Positions 48,909 to 61,460 of a stretch of 64,000 nt of DNA are shown here, one piece after another. The notes beneath the pieces are model-generated. The model was not told where the DNA came from. It searched no databases and saw nothing but the letters and a program-made list of their open reading frames with translations. Each line of letters opens with the position of its first letter. Position 1 is the stretch's first letter. The stretch spans positions 249,364,001 to 249,428,000 of the forward strand of contig OZ024740.1 in assembly GCA_964016885.1 (NCBI GenBank), read 5' to 3'. The position numbers and the translations under genes are program-made. The DNA is from Eledone cirrhosa (Eukaryota).

Positions 48909-49252
48909 CATCATCATCATTTCATTTCATTTTACGTCCGCTTTCCCTGCTTGCAAGGGTGGGACGGGAACTGATTCTGGCTTGATTTCTACAGCTGGAT
49001 GCCCTTCCTAACACCAACCTCATTTACAGTGAGTGCTTGGTGCTTTTTTGCCGTGGCACCTCCATGACCACTTTGCAGTGGAATGATATGGACCCCAGTC
49101 CCTATCATCTCATTTCTACAGCTGAGTAAACTGGAGCATTGTGAAATAAAGTGTCTTGCTCAAGGAAACAACACATCACCCAGTCCGAGAATTGAACTCA
49201 CAACCTTTCGATTGCAAGGCCAATGCTCTAACCACTAAGCCATGTGCCTCCA
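48909..49252 (-). mobile_element. SINE family 2: tRNA head, CORE-like domain, RTE-derived 3' tail
   Basis: TGGCTTAGTGG (A box), GAGTTCAATTC (B box), TCCTTGAGCAAGACACTT, tail GGCATCCAGCTGTAGAAA..GGACGTAAAATG..(GAT)n; second copy at 59044-59282. Confidence 0.85.
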
Positions 49253-49815
49253 TATATGTATATTGATATGTATATTGATATTGTCGCCAATTCCATCATT
49301 AATTCACTGATTTATTGATCTGTATATAAGCAAATATTCTATGTTAATAAAACTCTGGTGATACCGATTTTGAGCCTATTTCTGATGATTGAAGTATGAA
49401 ATCTCATAATGAAACCTTAGATAAAAACTCTTTCTTCTTAAGAAAATTCTAAGATTCCTGATTTTATAGTCTCATGTCTTCGGGATGAATCTCTATCGGT
49501 TGAAACATGTATTAGTTTGACAACATATCAACTCTTTATTATTCTTTATATATCAGCTGTGCATGTAACCTACTACATTGAGCTTTAAACCTTCTGGTTA
49601 AGTATATTCCCAATAATAGCAACACTTATTATTATTAAAGCTATATTATAGGCCAGTATGGAAATGAATGTAGAATGGTGATGATATGTGTACAGATATA
49701 TTTTTATGATACTCAGGTGTGTGTATATGAATGTGCGTATATTTACGTATAAATAATATATATTGTATATATAGATATGTGCGTGGGTGTATGTATATGT
49801 GCATATGTATACATT

Positions 49816-52180
49816 CTGCTCCTCTGCTATTATAACAGTATGTGTATTACTGACACCTGGTTCCCTCACAAACTCATCCATCAGTAAATCTGGTACAGTC
49901 TGGATGGTTACACCCAGAAGGCAATTGACCACATCATCATCTGTTGCTGGAGGTCGTTTGTCACAAACTGCTGGGTCTTCTGAGGAGCTCAGCTTGGTAA
50001 TACTGATCATTAGTTGTTGGTTGCAACACTGAGGCAGAGGTTGCAAACGGACCCTAATACCAAGTACCAGCCCCACCGTGACTCATTTTGTCTCCCTGAT
50101 CCCAACATCACCTCGCCAATTTCTTCAGTGTCCTGGCTAAGGACGTGACCGACAACTGGGAGATCTTTAAATGAAGAGTCAACCTGTATGCATATGATGT
50201 TTTGGTAAACTCAAGACTTCTTCCTCAATGGCCCTGGATTTCACAGCGGACACTGGAAATATTTAACTGTTGCTGCAAGGCTTGCCTGTGCGGTGACATG
50301 AATGAGTACCACCAGATCAACTAGATATGCAACAAGGCTATCATAGGGTAAAGTTTGGGGCAGAAGAAGCCAAGCACCTGGAGACAGTGGCAAGGAACAA
50401 CTTCAGCCAGGTATTCAACACTCCACAGAGCCCATGCCGGTCCCCGGATCAAGACAACTCTGGTGAAGGCTACCAATGGCAACATCACCACTGAAACCAA
50501 CTGCCTGAATGCTGTAAGGAGCACTTCAACCTTCTTCTGTATCACCCACCAGTCCCAATCAACCTCTGCCTAACCACAACCACAGACACAGCTGCAGCCA
50601 ACAACTCCTGCAGACTCGATCCTGTCACTCCCGATGAAGTCAGAGCCACCCTGAAGAAGCTCAAAAACCACAAAGTCCTTTGAATCTGCACTTTCACCGT
50701 GGAGAAGTTGAAGGTGGGCGGAGATGACGTGATCAGTAGCTCACCCGTATCATCAACCATTTATAGGTGTCAGAGCAACTCCCAAATGACTGGATCCGAG
50801 GCATTATCCTCCCCTTGTGGAAACGGAATGGTGACAAACTCGTCTGCAGCAACCACAGGAGCATCGTACTTCTCTCCATCCTAGGCAAAGTTTTCACCAA
50901 GATCCATCAGAAGAGGGTGTTGCCCACAACAAACTGGATTCATGCCTAATCGATCCACCGCCGACCACATTTCTGCCTTCCGCCTCATTATCAAAAGATC
51001 TCGGGAGTTCCATAGAGATCACTGCCTCTACGTTGCCTTTGTCGACCTGAAGGCGGCTTTCGACACGGTTGACCACGCATCCCTCTGGAAAATTCTCAAG
51101 CTTGTCAGCATGCCTCCCAAGATTAACACCCTGTTCCAACAGCTCTATAGCAGTGCCGAGAGCTGCGTGCGGGTGAACGGGAAGGACTACGACTGGTTCC
51201 CCATCAACATTGGGGTCAGACAGGGCTGTGTGGCTGCCCTCGATCTCTTGAATTGTGTCATTCACAATCTGATGACCAGACCAGTGAGTGAGTTTCTGGC
51301 GTTACCTTCAGGAATTAACATCTAACTCACCTGGAGTAAGCAGATGACACCACCCTATTAAGCAACTGAATCAATTGGCATGGAGACACACTGGCCATAT
51401 ACGGGGAGGAATCCGCAAAGCCTGGCCTTCAGGCTAGCTGGGCGAAGATAAAGCTGATGGATGCCGGCAATGGCCTGGATCCTCCTCTGCTTCATATTGG
51501 CCATAGAGTTAGTCAGCTCCTTCATTTACCTGGGATCGACTGTCACCAGCAATAGAGACCTGACCCCAGAGATCAACTGCAGATGTGGCCTGGTTGCCGG
51601 GGTCATGTACTCCCTATAGAAGCCCTTTTGGTGCCATTACTCAGTCTCCTAGAAGATGATGCTCTGTATTTACAATGTATTGCTCCTCTCCATTCTCCTT
51701 TATGGAGCAGAAACATGACCCCTCACAAAGACCCTGGCAAAATGGATCAACTGCTTCAATAGCAGAGCCCTGACTACCATCAAAAACATCAGATGGCACC
51801 ACCACATTTCCAACAAAGTGTTGAGTGCGCACACGCATCAATCAACAGCTTCCCACCTCATAGCTATCTGCCACATGGGCTGGTACGAACATGTCCTCCG
51901 CTTTCCAATAGATCATCCTACCTGGGCCTTACTCTTGTTCGATGCAGTGGTTGCAGGCTAGAAGAGGCCCCATGACATGTCCCTGCACCAGATGGCAGGA
52001 TATCATCAGGAAAGATCACCGGAGACACGACGACATCTTGGAGGATGCAGAGGAGTTGGCACGGGACCGCCAGTGATGGCGGGTGCTGGTGGACCTGGTT
52101 GGCTCTACACATTATGATGCTTTGGGATTACTGGTTTAGGATGACCTCGTCCTCATCAAGCAAGAGAAAGAAGAAGAATA
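49816..52180 (+). mobile_element. RTE-clade LINE, GAA-tailed family, copy B
   Basis: Colinear with 22304-24383; LYVAFVDLKAAFDTV, GVRQGCV; tail GAGAAAGAAGAAGAA. Confidence 0.87.
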
Positions 52181-52765
52181 TAAATATAATTTCCTATTTA
52201 TTAATAGAATTATAAAAAATAACTATAAATTTTTTTTGAATAGAGAGAAAATTGAAAGTAAATCATAATTTCTTGATTGTTGTTATTGCTAATGATATTA
52301 ATAATGACAATGATTTTTTCATAGCAAATATATAGCACAATCATCATTATGATTATCATCATCAAAAATATTATCACCAAGATCATCTTCCTCCTCCTCC
52401 TCATCATCATCATCACCATTGTTGTTTAACATCCAATCTCCCTGTCAGCCAGTGTTGGATGGGTGATCAGCAGACTTGTTGGTACTCAAAGTGGAGATAT
52501 GGACTCATGGTGGGCTGAGAGCCTGCGTATTGTTTATGTTCCTGTACCCTACCAAGTGCTCAGATGCGCTGGCAGCTCGCATTTCGTTTACCTAATCTTG
52601 AGCTTTACCAAGTGCATTTTATCATGTATCAACACTGAGGAGGTTGTCATGTCCTTGACACAGCTGAAGAGATTTTTTATGACTGGACGCTTTTCTTGTC
52701 ATCATACTGGGTGCATTTATTGTGTAGATTACCAACACTAGCAGGGTTAGTTGAAAAGTCCTCCC

Positions 52766-52841
52766 GATTAAAGTTTAAGCAAAGAATCGCTGCTTTCACC
52801 GTTAACAGTGAAAGCAGCGATTCTTTGCTTAAACTTTAATC
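52766..52841. repeat. 76-bp near-perfect palindrome
   Basis: GATTAAAG...TTTCACC-GTTAAC-AGTGAAA...CTTTAATC, one mismatch; a single arm recurs at ~63244-63283. Confidence 0.95.
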
Positions 52842-53440
52842 TGTTCTTATAATAAATATTTGCTCTACAGGTTTTTATATATATGTATATATATATAATC
52901 CTTATCGAGCCCTCTTCGGATTTTAGTCTTCACATTTATTATTACTATATATATATATATAAATATATATATACTTAAGTAAAAGTTAAGTGGAAATATC
53001 CAAGAGTAAGAGCACTTAGTCCATAGGATGAGTTTAGTATAAATTATTTATATATATATATAATTATTTATATATATATGATTATTATACACAAGTACAA
53101 TAACAACAAACACATGAACACACACTAGTGAACAAAGATAGAATACAAAAACAAAAACACATACACTCAAACACGAACACACACACCAAACATTAAACAC
53201 ACACGCAAACGCATGCGCAGAGACAGAGACAAGAATAAATAAATAAATAAATAAATAAATAAAATAAAAATGGCATAGACTTTACAATACGGAAACATAA
53301 TAGTACCACTGATGATATCACAGATGTGTGACAAAAGAACTTTGATAGACTATATATATATATATTTATATCTCTATTTTTAACCATTGGTCAATCAATA
53401 ATAAACATTGATTGCCAAATAAATTAACGAATGGATATAT

Positions 53441-53925
53441 GTAAACTCTCTTGCCTGTCACGACATACAAACATTTCAGATGGATGTATAGCTACTAGCT
53501 GCAGATTTGACAGCTATTAATCCTATTTAAGACTATTCAACAGAATTCATAATATAATCGGCTTGTCTCCCCACAGCCCTGGTGGACAGAATGGAGAAGG
53601 CGTTTCCCTGGAGGACGGCAAGAGAGACGCGCTGGAAAAGCCACTCCAACTCGCGGAGCTCACACCTGCGGCTGGCCAGCTCAGCGCCTATGGTAGTGAG
53701 TAGAGAGGTAGCCCTAGGGCCGAGGACACCAGAAGTCTCCACTGCCAAGGGTACAACCGCAAACCTGTCGGAGTTTGGCCCCCTCAGTCCGACGTGCAGC
53801 AGAACCTGGGTTAGTTGCAGACTGCACCAGGTTGCGGCTACAGAAAGTGTCGGTGCAAGTGGCATCCCAGACGGGGGGGGGGCACCACGGAACAGAAAGA
53901 TGGTTATGCCAAACCAAACCGACCA
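53441..53925 (-). mobile_element. CRE-clade element 3' segment (restriction-like endonuclease and 3' UTR)
   Basis: GITIF..VWDATCTDT..GSAA..PLAVETSGVLG..WLFQRVSLAVLQGNA. Confidence 0.85.
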
Positions 53926-56900
53926 CCAATTCACTGCCAAATAATTTGAATTGGATTAGACAGAGAGAAAGAAAAAAAAAATAGAGAATATATTTATTTG
54001 CCGTTGTGCTGCCAAATGATGCCGAAAGCCACTGACCTGCATCTTTGGTCAAGAAGGCGACAGCAACAGGACAATAACAACAACCCCACATCTTCGGTAA
54101 AAGAAAGCACTCGAGCCTCAGCATACAGCCTGGCAGCCCGAATTGGTAGCAATTTCATCTACCACCACCATTAACAAGAGGAAGGCAATGACAGCAACAG
54201 TGACATTAACAACAATAACACGTTTTCAGGATTGAATGACTCACCTCCAGCCACAAGGTCCTATGATAAACTGCTAACATGCTCGCATGCGTGCATGCTG
54301 AACCCTTTTTTTTTGTACATTCATCCATTCATTCATTTGCTAACATTCTACCTTCTTGTGTGTCCCCATCCATGCACCTCCTTCTTTTCTCTCTTGTCTT
54401 CTGACACCTCCATATCTGATGTAGGTGAGCTATGAGGCCCTGTTACCAGCACTTTGCCTTCCACCCACACACGCCAGCCACTCACCCCTGATACCAAGTG
54501 GTGCTCCACGCTCCATCCTCCATCCCCACCAGTCGACATCTGCAGCAATTGCAGCACCACGAACAGATGGAAGAGGGGCCGGAACTGTTTGGGATGTGGT
54601 TGCTTCCACCATCTCACCTGTGTTGGCTTGACGCGTCAAGCTTCCAGTGCCCTCGCAGTATGGAGATGCAGAAACTGTCTCTTCCCCTCGTCTGCCCAGC
54701 AATGGCCGTCTGGCACTCCACCAGATGAGACACCGAGCTTGCCTGATGCCCAAGCCTCGTTGGTCAACATCACTTGGCTCAGGCGGCTCCGGAAGATCCC
54801 ACTCAGGATCCCGAGAGCGGCCTGGGTGTCAGTAGCCGATGCCCTTGCTTCCTCGATTGAGAGCGCTCTGGACTCCAATCGAGCCAGCTACTGGGAGCGA
54901 CTATTTTATTTCGCCCCACTTACCCTCGGTCTCCCCAGCTCTGGCGCTGACCGAGGCGGCTAGTTGACAGCAGCCTCCGTCAAGGCCAATGTTTCGTCCT
55001 TTGGGCAAGTGCCCATTCCAAGCGTGCCTAGGGATGCCACACACCCCACCCTCGGGTACTGCCAATCCTTCACTACTGAGGCCAGCGCCAAGCATTTGCG
55101 TGACCGTGTAAATGCCAAATTAATCATGTCTGATGTCTCGGCCACAGTCAGAGTGGTTGCCTCAGAGGACACTGTCCTCCAACTCATTGAGGAGATCCTG
55201 GCTACCCTGCGACTCAAGCATCCCGAGCCACCTGCTGATCTCAGACCCATTCCCCCACCCGATCCCCACTTGCTCCTTGTGGCTTCCAACACAAACATCA
55301 TGTCCGCCATCAACTCCTTACCAGCTAGCAGCAGCGGAGGTGCTGATGGTCTCCAACCAGGCCACCTCAAGAAGTTGCTATCCCTCCTCTCCGCTGAGGC
55401 CGGGTGCCGCCTTCTGAGTGCAATTGTGGCACTCACCAATAGGCTCATCCATGGCGCTCTGGACCCTCACACCTGAGGCCTCTTTTTTTTTTGGTTAGCC
55501 TCACCGCTCTCAGGAAGAAAGAGGCTGGCTGCCAAGGTGGTCTGCAGGTCCATAACACCTGAACTGGATGAAGAGTTCAGTCCAGTGCAACTGGGTGTCA
55601 GCATGTCCGGTGGCTGTGAGGGGGCTGCACATGCAACCAAGCAGTTCTTCAACAGCTGCCCACTGGAACCGGCATCCAGGGACTCCAGGCATCCAGGGAC
55701 TCCAGGCACCTCATTGTCAAGCTTGACATGAGGAATGCATTTAAGTGCTTACGCCAGGATGATCTGCTCGAGGCCTGCCTCAGCCGAGCCCCCTCTGCCT
55801 ACATGTCGTATGGAGCCCCGAGCATGCTCCTTGCTGCTGATACGGTCATACCTTCGGCCACTGAGGTCCAACAGGGTGACCCTTTGGGGCCCCTCCTGGT
55901 ATTGACTACATCGCCCGGAGTATCATGGCCCCTCTCAACATTTGGTAACTGGATGATGCTACGTTGGGCGGGCCCGTAGAGACTGTCTACCATGACCTAC
56001 AATCGGTGGTTCCTGCCCTGGCGGGAATCAGCCTCCAGGTCAACTCGGCCAAGTTGAAGGTGGTGAATGTCAGCCACGATGCTGAGAGCTTTGCAGCCTC
56101 CGTCTCGGACATGCGGTCCATTCTCCACCAGGTACAGGTGACCCCCAAAGAGGATGTCCTCATCCTCAGGTACCGATCCACCCACTGGCCATCCGCTCCA
56201 CCATCAGGTCCAGGCTTCAACAACTCCAGACCCTCACGAGCCGACTAGGCTTGATCAACGGCCACCCAGCTCTCTTCCTGTTGAGGAACTGCTTCGCCAT
56301 ACCGAACCTCCTCTATACCCTTTGCAACACACCGTGCTACAGCCACACATCTCTCCTCGCTGACCTTGATACTTGTATCTGAGCAGCAGCCGAGGAGATA
56401 TGCAACGTCTGGTTTGACAACATTGGATGGCAACAGGCCACTTTACCTGTCAGATATGGTGGCATTGGCCTCTGGTCCCCGATCTCACTGGCTTTGCCGG
56501 CGTTTCTTTCATTGGTAACCTCATGCCGCGTCCTCATCAGCAGGGTTCTTCAAAACTCAATAGAACCCTCTGTGTTCAGAGAACGTAAGGCTGCCTGTGA
56601 GATGTGGGACCGGCTGCCTGTGAGATGTGGGATCTCTCCTTCTTCTCCCTCTGCTGACGCCAAGTCCCCCAAAGCACTTGAGATGCCATCCAGTGCAGCC
56701 TGGCCTCAGACGGGTTCACGCGCCAGCTCGACCAGCACCGCCTTGCCTGTTTTCGTGCAGCCTCCAAACCCAAACCCCATAGTGGTGCCTGGTTCCATGC
56801 CCTGCCCTCCTTCTCCACTGGCATTCAGCTAGACAATAATAGCTTGCACATCGGCGTTTCCTTGAGGCTTAGCCTCTGGATCTGCGAGCCACACCAATGT

Positions 56901-57068
56901 TGCTGCAGATCCACTGTGGACTCTTTCGGCCTTCACCCGCTTTCCTGTCGCCACAGTGCCGGCTGCCTTCCATACCATGCTGCCCTCAATGAGGTCATTA
57001 AGCATGTCTTGGATGCTGCAGGCTTCCCTTCCCAGCTCGAGCCGGTGGGGCTGGACCGAGGGGACAGC
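53926..57068 (+). mobile_element. CRE-clade element 5' segment (PHD finger, RT, zinc knuckle), inverted relative to its 3' segment
   Basis: CSNC..CLGC..HLTC..WRCRNC; GGADGLQPGHL; QLGV..GCEGAAHA; DMRNAF; QQGDPLGPLL; QATLPVRYGGIGL; C.C..D.FGLHPLSC..H..LN; ends EPVGLDRGDS. The 5' boundary is uncertain. Confidence 0.85.
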
Positions 57069-57258
57069 AATAAATTAACTATGGAGATATAAAAGATACA
57101 GAAGCGAAAACCAACCCAAACCCAACAGTGTGTTCTGTTATCATTTCTGGCAATCATCATCATCAATATTATAACAATATGACCCTCCCCAAGTATAACA
57201 ATATTTGTTTCGACACACGATTTCATATCAAAAACCTTGCAAAACATATATAATTATT

Positions 57259-57291
<33 letters not shown>

Positions 57292-57295
57292 ATAT

Positions 57296-57431
57296 ATATG
57301 AAAAGAGTCAGGACCCCGATGGCTGAGCTCCGGCCGTTTCAACAGCTAGATCCGAACTCTAATTAAAGAGTTTGGATCTAGCTATCGAAACGGCCGGAGC
57401 TCAGCCATCGGGGTCCTGACTCTTTTCATAT
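57296..57431. repeat. Inverted repeat, ~65-bp arms and 6-nt loop
   Basis: ATATGAAAAGAGTCAGGACCCC...AACTCT aattaa AGAGTT...GGGGTCCTGACTCTTTTCATAT; three mismatches seen. Confidence 0.95.
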
Positions 57432-57539
57432 TACCCACTCTACTACCCCAAGTATCGAGTTCTCTGGTGGGTTATGGTCCACCTGGTATTTTACCACACC
57501 CTTTCTGATATATATATATATACAAAATATTAAAACAAT

Positions 57540-60190
57540 CAAATCTTAGTTTAATACATTTAATTGCTGAGAATTGTTTTTTCCAGACGGATGTCTGGAA
57601 CCATCGGAGCATAGAGAATGTTTAAACAGGTAATTAAAATCCTTGTCTTCAGAACATTTAGATAGATACAATACTATTGCCAGTGTCAGTGACATCATAT
57701 AGAAAATCAGGAGTTACAAAAGGGTGTTATGCTACAGAAAACACAGTATAAGGAGCAATGGTGAAAAGTGAATATATATATAATAATAGAACACTGGAGG
57801 GTTATATCCGTAGTAGTAGAACACTCAGTCCATGGGACGAGTTTGGTAGCAGTAGTTCCACAACAGTTAGTTCACCATACTGGGAACAAATGTTTCACCT
57901 TATGCAGATCGTCAGTTCGGTCTGAATGAAGTTGTATGGAAAAGGATAAACAACTGTACAAATATGCATGCGCAGAAACAGTCACTTCTCCTGGGCGAGG
58001 TAAACCCACAATAGATCGATGTAAGGGAGATAACTGTGGATGTCATATCCGGAATAGATTATTCAAGTTATTCAAAATATTATGGATTGTTGTAATTATA
58101 TAATAGGTGTTTCCAGACATGTGGACAATGTGAAAAAAGTTCATTCCTTGAATTTAGGCAATTGTTATTACGTAAACTTCTCAGGATATTGATCCTTTTC
58201 TTTAATGCACAGCCCACAAGACGGATTTTCCCTTGCTTATGGCTTGGATTTAGTAATAGCTTTCCATTGGATGGAGTTGTCTGTGCCTGAGTCCTTGAGG
58301 GACCATAACATGGCTCATGAGTTGAGTGAGAAGAGTGCAGAGAGCCAGATAGTTTATCTATTGGTACGATTTCTTTTCCTATTGCTGTTGGTGTTAGCAG
58401 GGGAGTAAGTAATTGGTTGCGAGAAGCTGCTGTTAGCTAATGCTGTGTTGTAGTAGGGGGCTGCTCTGTCAAAGGTAGCTTTATTAGAGGAGAGGCTAGA
58501 GATTCCACTATTGATATTATTCATGAAGTTTCCAAAAACTGTAGGAGGGTGGCATGAGTCCTTGTGTATGTAATTAAGTTTTTCATTTAGTTTATGGAAG
58601 GGTCTGAAGGTCTGTATGCAAAGGTCTAAATTTATGTCTAAGTTATTTATGCTAGTGAGGTTGGTCCTAACTCATTAAAAGTAGTAATTAAATCTTTTTT
58701 AAAAATAGTAATTAAATCTTTTTTAAACTGGTCCAAGTCATGACCACTTTTATGGCTTGATAGGGTCAGACCATCGTTGTGGTTTAATCCCATGTGGAAG
58801 TCCGGGAATCTAGTACGTAACATATCTAAAATAAATAAGCCAACCAAGTTGCATACGTCAGCACTGTCAAACGATCCCATGGAGACGTTGAATAGTTATG
58901 AAGTGGTTGAGTCCTTTGTCCAGGCTACTCCATTGTTGAAGAGGAGTGTTTTCCAGCAGTGTGCGATGATCTCCCTGTCTAATCATGGACAGCAGTGTAA
59001 GTGGTAGCAAAGTCCAACGCTTTGTTCAACAGGGTCACTGAGATCATCATCAAAATCATCATTTTACGTCCGCTTTTCCCTGCTTGCACCTCCACGACCA
59101 CTTTGCAGTGGAATGATAGGGACCCCAGTCCCTAACATCTCATTTCTACAGCTGAGTAAACTGGAGCAATGTGAAATAAAGTGCCTTGCTCAAGGAAACA
59201 ACACGTCACCCGGTCTGAGAATTGAACTCACTACCTTTCGATTGCAAGGCCAATGCTCTAACCACTAAGCCATGTGCCTCCATTAAAAATCCATAATGTT
59301 GAATTGAGTGAACTTCACTTTTTTGGAGCTGAAATAGTTAAACCACTTAATGATGGAGTCACTGTTCTCCCACTGGGACAGGTTGGACTTAGTCCTAATG
59401 GTCTTAACTATACCCCTAAGTATAGCCTTACTGACTAGCCCCATCTCTGTGCATGCCAGGTTCAGTAGTCTACACGTGGGGTTAGAAGCAAAGTCTACCT
59501 TGTGATCCTTAAAGGTGAGAAATGCCTCAAGCTTAGCTAAGCATTGGAATTTCTTATCTACCTTAAGGGTAGCAGCAACGTGTTTGGCTTCTGTATTGAT
59601 GTTGTGGTAGGCCATAGGGTTAGCCTTCTTATATTTAGAGGTTATGGCGTTACTTGCCAAGTGGCACTGTTATTGACTTTGTAAATGTTATTGGTTTTAT
59701 CAGAAAGAATGAAAGTGCTAGTGGAAGACTTAAGTTTTTTAATGTCATTTCTAAGTTTGTTTTGGAAGGTGCTAGAGTGTTTGCGAAAGGAAATGTTAGC
59801 GACTAAGTCAAGAAGGTCCGCTTCGAAAAGAGCCAGTTCAATTACCTTAGGAGGGTAGGCTCTCTATTTCAGGTTGACGGTGTTACTGGTGCCTGTAATT
59901 TTACCATCAAAAGTTAAGGGTTTGACGACATCTTCCGCTTTCTGTAGGAGAAGCTTTGAATAAACATAGTTGGAGGGAGTGGGAATAATCCAATTCGAAC
60001 AAATCCATTTCAACGTTGGTGAGCTACAAAGTTGTGTAAGACACGAGGATATAGAGAGCACTCACAGAGTAGGAAGCCAAACTTCCACGTGGTGAGAAGA
60101 ATTTGCTGACCGGTGCTGGAGACGTGTATAATAGTAGAACACGGGAGGGTTATATCCGTAATAGTAGAGGACGCAGTCTGTGGAACTACT
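57540..60190 (-). mobile_element. Penelope-like element (RT and endonuclease remnants) with direct terminal repeats
   Basis: KDHKVDFASNPTCRLLN, MGSFDSADVCNLVGLFIL..HNDGL; repeat TAGAACAC(T/G)GGAGGGTTATATCCGTA at ~57787 and ~60135. Confidence 0.8.
59044..59282 (-). mobile_element. SINE family 2 copy (internally deleted) inserted in the Penelope RT
   Basis: Highly similar to 48909-49252. Confidence 0.88.
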
Positions 60191-61027
60191 TCTATATATT
60201 ATAGGTGCAGTTTATTAGTTCATCAATTATTGTTTCATCATAGTATAGTATGTTGTAGGTTTTATAATTGCATGAAAAAGAGCCAAGCATATAATACACT
60301 TGCATTTTGTGCATACATGTAGCATAAAACCGCTCAATATTTAAGCTTATATTGATGAATATAACAGTAATGTGTCAGTTTATCTAAGTAAAGGTATTTT
60401 GCATAAAATTGTAAGGAAATATTTCGTGAATTATTATGACTCCCTCTCTGCATAATTGTTATAACTTATCAATTGACCATTCAATTTTTGTGTTGTTATT
60501 TCACATACCATCTTGTTTATTCATATTAATGTTCACTTGTCCTACATATATACATTTTCCTACTTTAGTACTGAATTTCCAAGGCAACATTATTATTTCA
60601 CAAACCTACACTGCCACTATACTTTATTGATTCTAAAAGGTTGAACATCAAAGTTGACCTGAGTGGAAGTTGGACTCAGATTACAGAAATCCTAAATAAA
60701 TATCTAAGGTCTTTTACCTTATGTTATAACTCTGCCAATTCTTCATCCTATCCTGAATATTAACTAGTTACATATTATTCTTAATAAATCAATTTGAAGT
60801 CTCAATGATGCAGTACATTCATTTAACCTTTGTATCAGTTTTCGATAGGCTTGTTATATCATTACAGATACCATTTCTCTTTTCTACCTTATTTAGAAAA
60901 ATATTGTATTGAAACTTCTGCCTCTATCTTTCCCTTTTCAAACTAGAAAACAGCATAAGTGTTGTTGTTAACACTCTTCCGCCCAATGATATTAAAGTTC
61001 ATATCAAATTATTGCCTTATAGTTAAT

Positions 61028-61460
61028 AATTGTTTCAACTTTTGGCACAAGGCCAGCAATTACTCAGTGCATTACTGGTACTTTATTTTATCGACCCCGT
61101 AAGGGTCGATAAAATAAAGTATAAAATAAAATATAGTTAATAATTGTTTCTATTTTTGGCACAAGGCCAGCAATTACCCAGTACATTACTGATACTTTAT
61201 TTTATCGACCCCGTAAGGATGAAAGGCAAAGTTAACCTCAACGGGATTTGAACTCAGATCATAAAGGGACGTAACTCTATGCTTCAAAGCACTCTCTCTA
61301 CCGATACTGCCAATCCATATAGTTAATAATGATTTCTTATATAGGCACAAGGCCAGCAATTTTGGGGGAGGGGAAAGCCAATTAAATCGATCCCAGTGCG
61401 TGACTGGTACTTTATTTTATCGACCCCGTAAGGATGAAAGGCAAAATTAAAGGGGCGTAA
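61028..61460 (-). mobile_element. Three tandem SINE family 1 units
   Basis: Units start at ~61028, ~61142 and ~61328, each preceded by TATAGTTAATAAT; the first ends in a fold-back. Confidence 0.85.

Larger units (their letters stand above)
53090..57245 (+). mobile_element. Penelope-type terminal-repeat remnant split by a CRE insertion (~53090-53440 and ~57069-57245)
   Basis: Left part (ACGCATGCGCA, hammerhead-like motif) and right part (GAAGCGAAAACCAAC, AAGTATAACAATAT, ACACACG) align in order to the uninterrupted copy at ~30070-30500. Confidence 0.7.

Noticed and set aside
49170-49252. tRNA gene (also ~59200-59282)
   Set aside because: A and B boxes run on into CORE-like and LINE-tail sequence; these are SINE heads.
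57560-57615. Hammerhead at the Penelope end (TTCCAGAC/GTCTGGAA stem)
   Set aside because: Both core boxes are mutated (CCGATGG, AAAAC); too degenerate to call.
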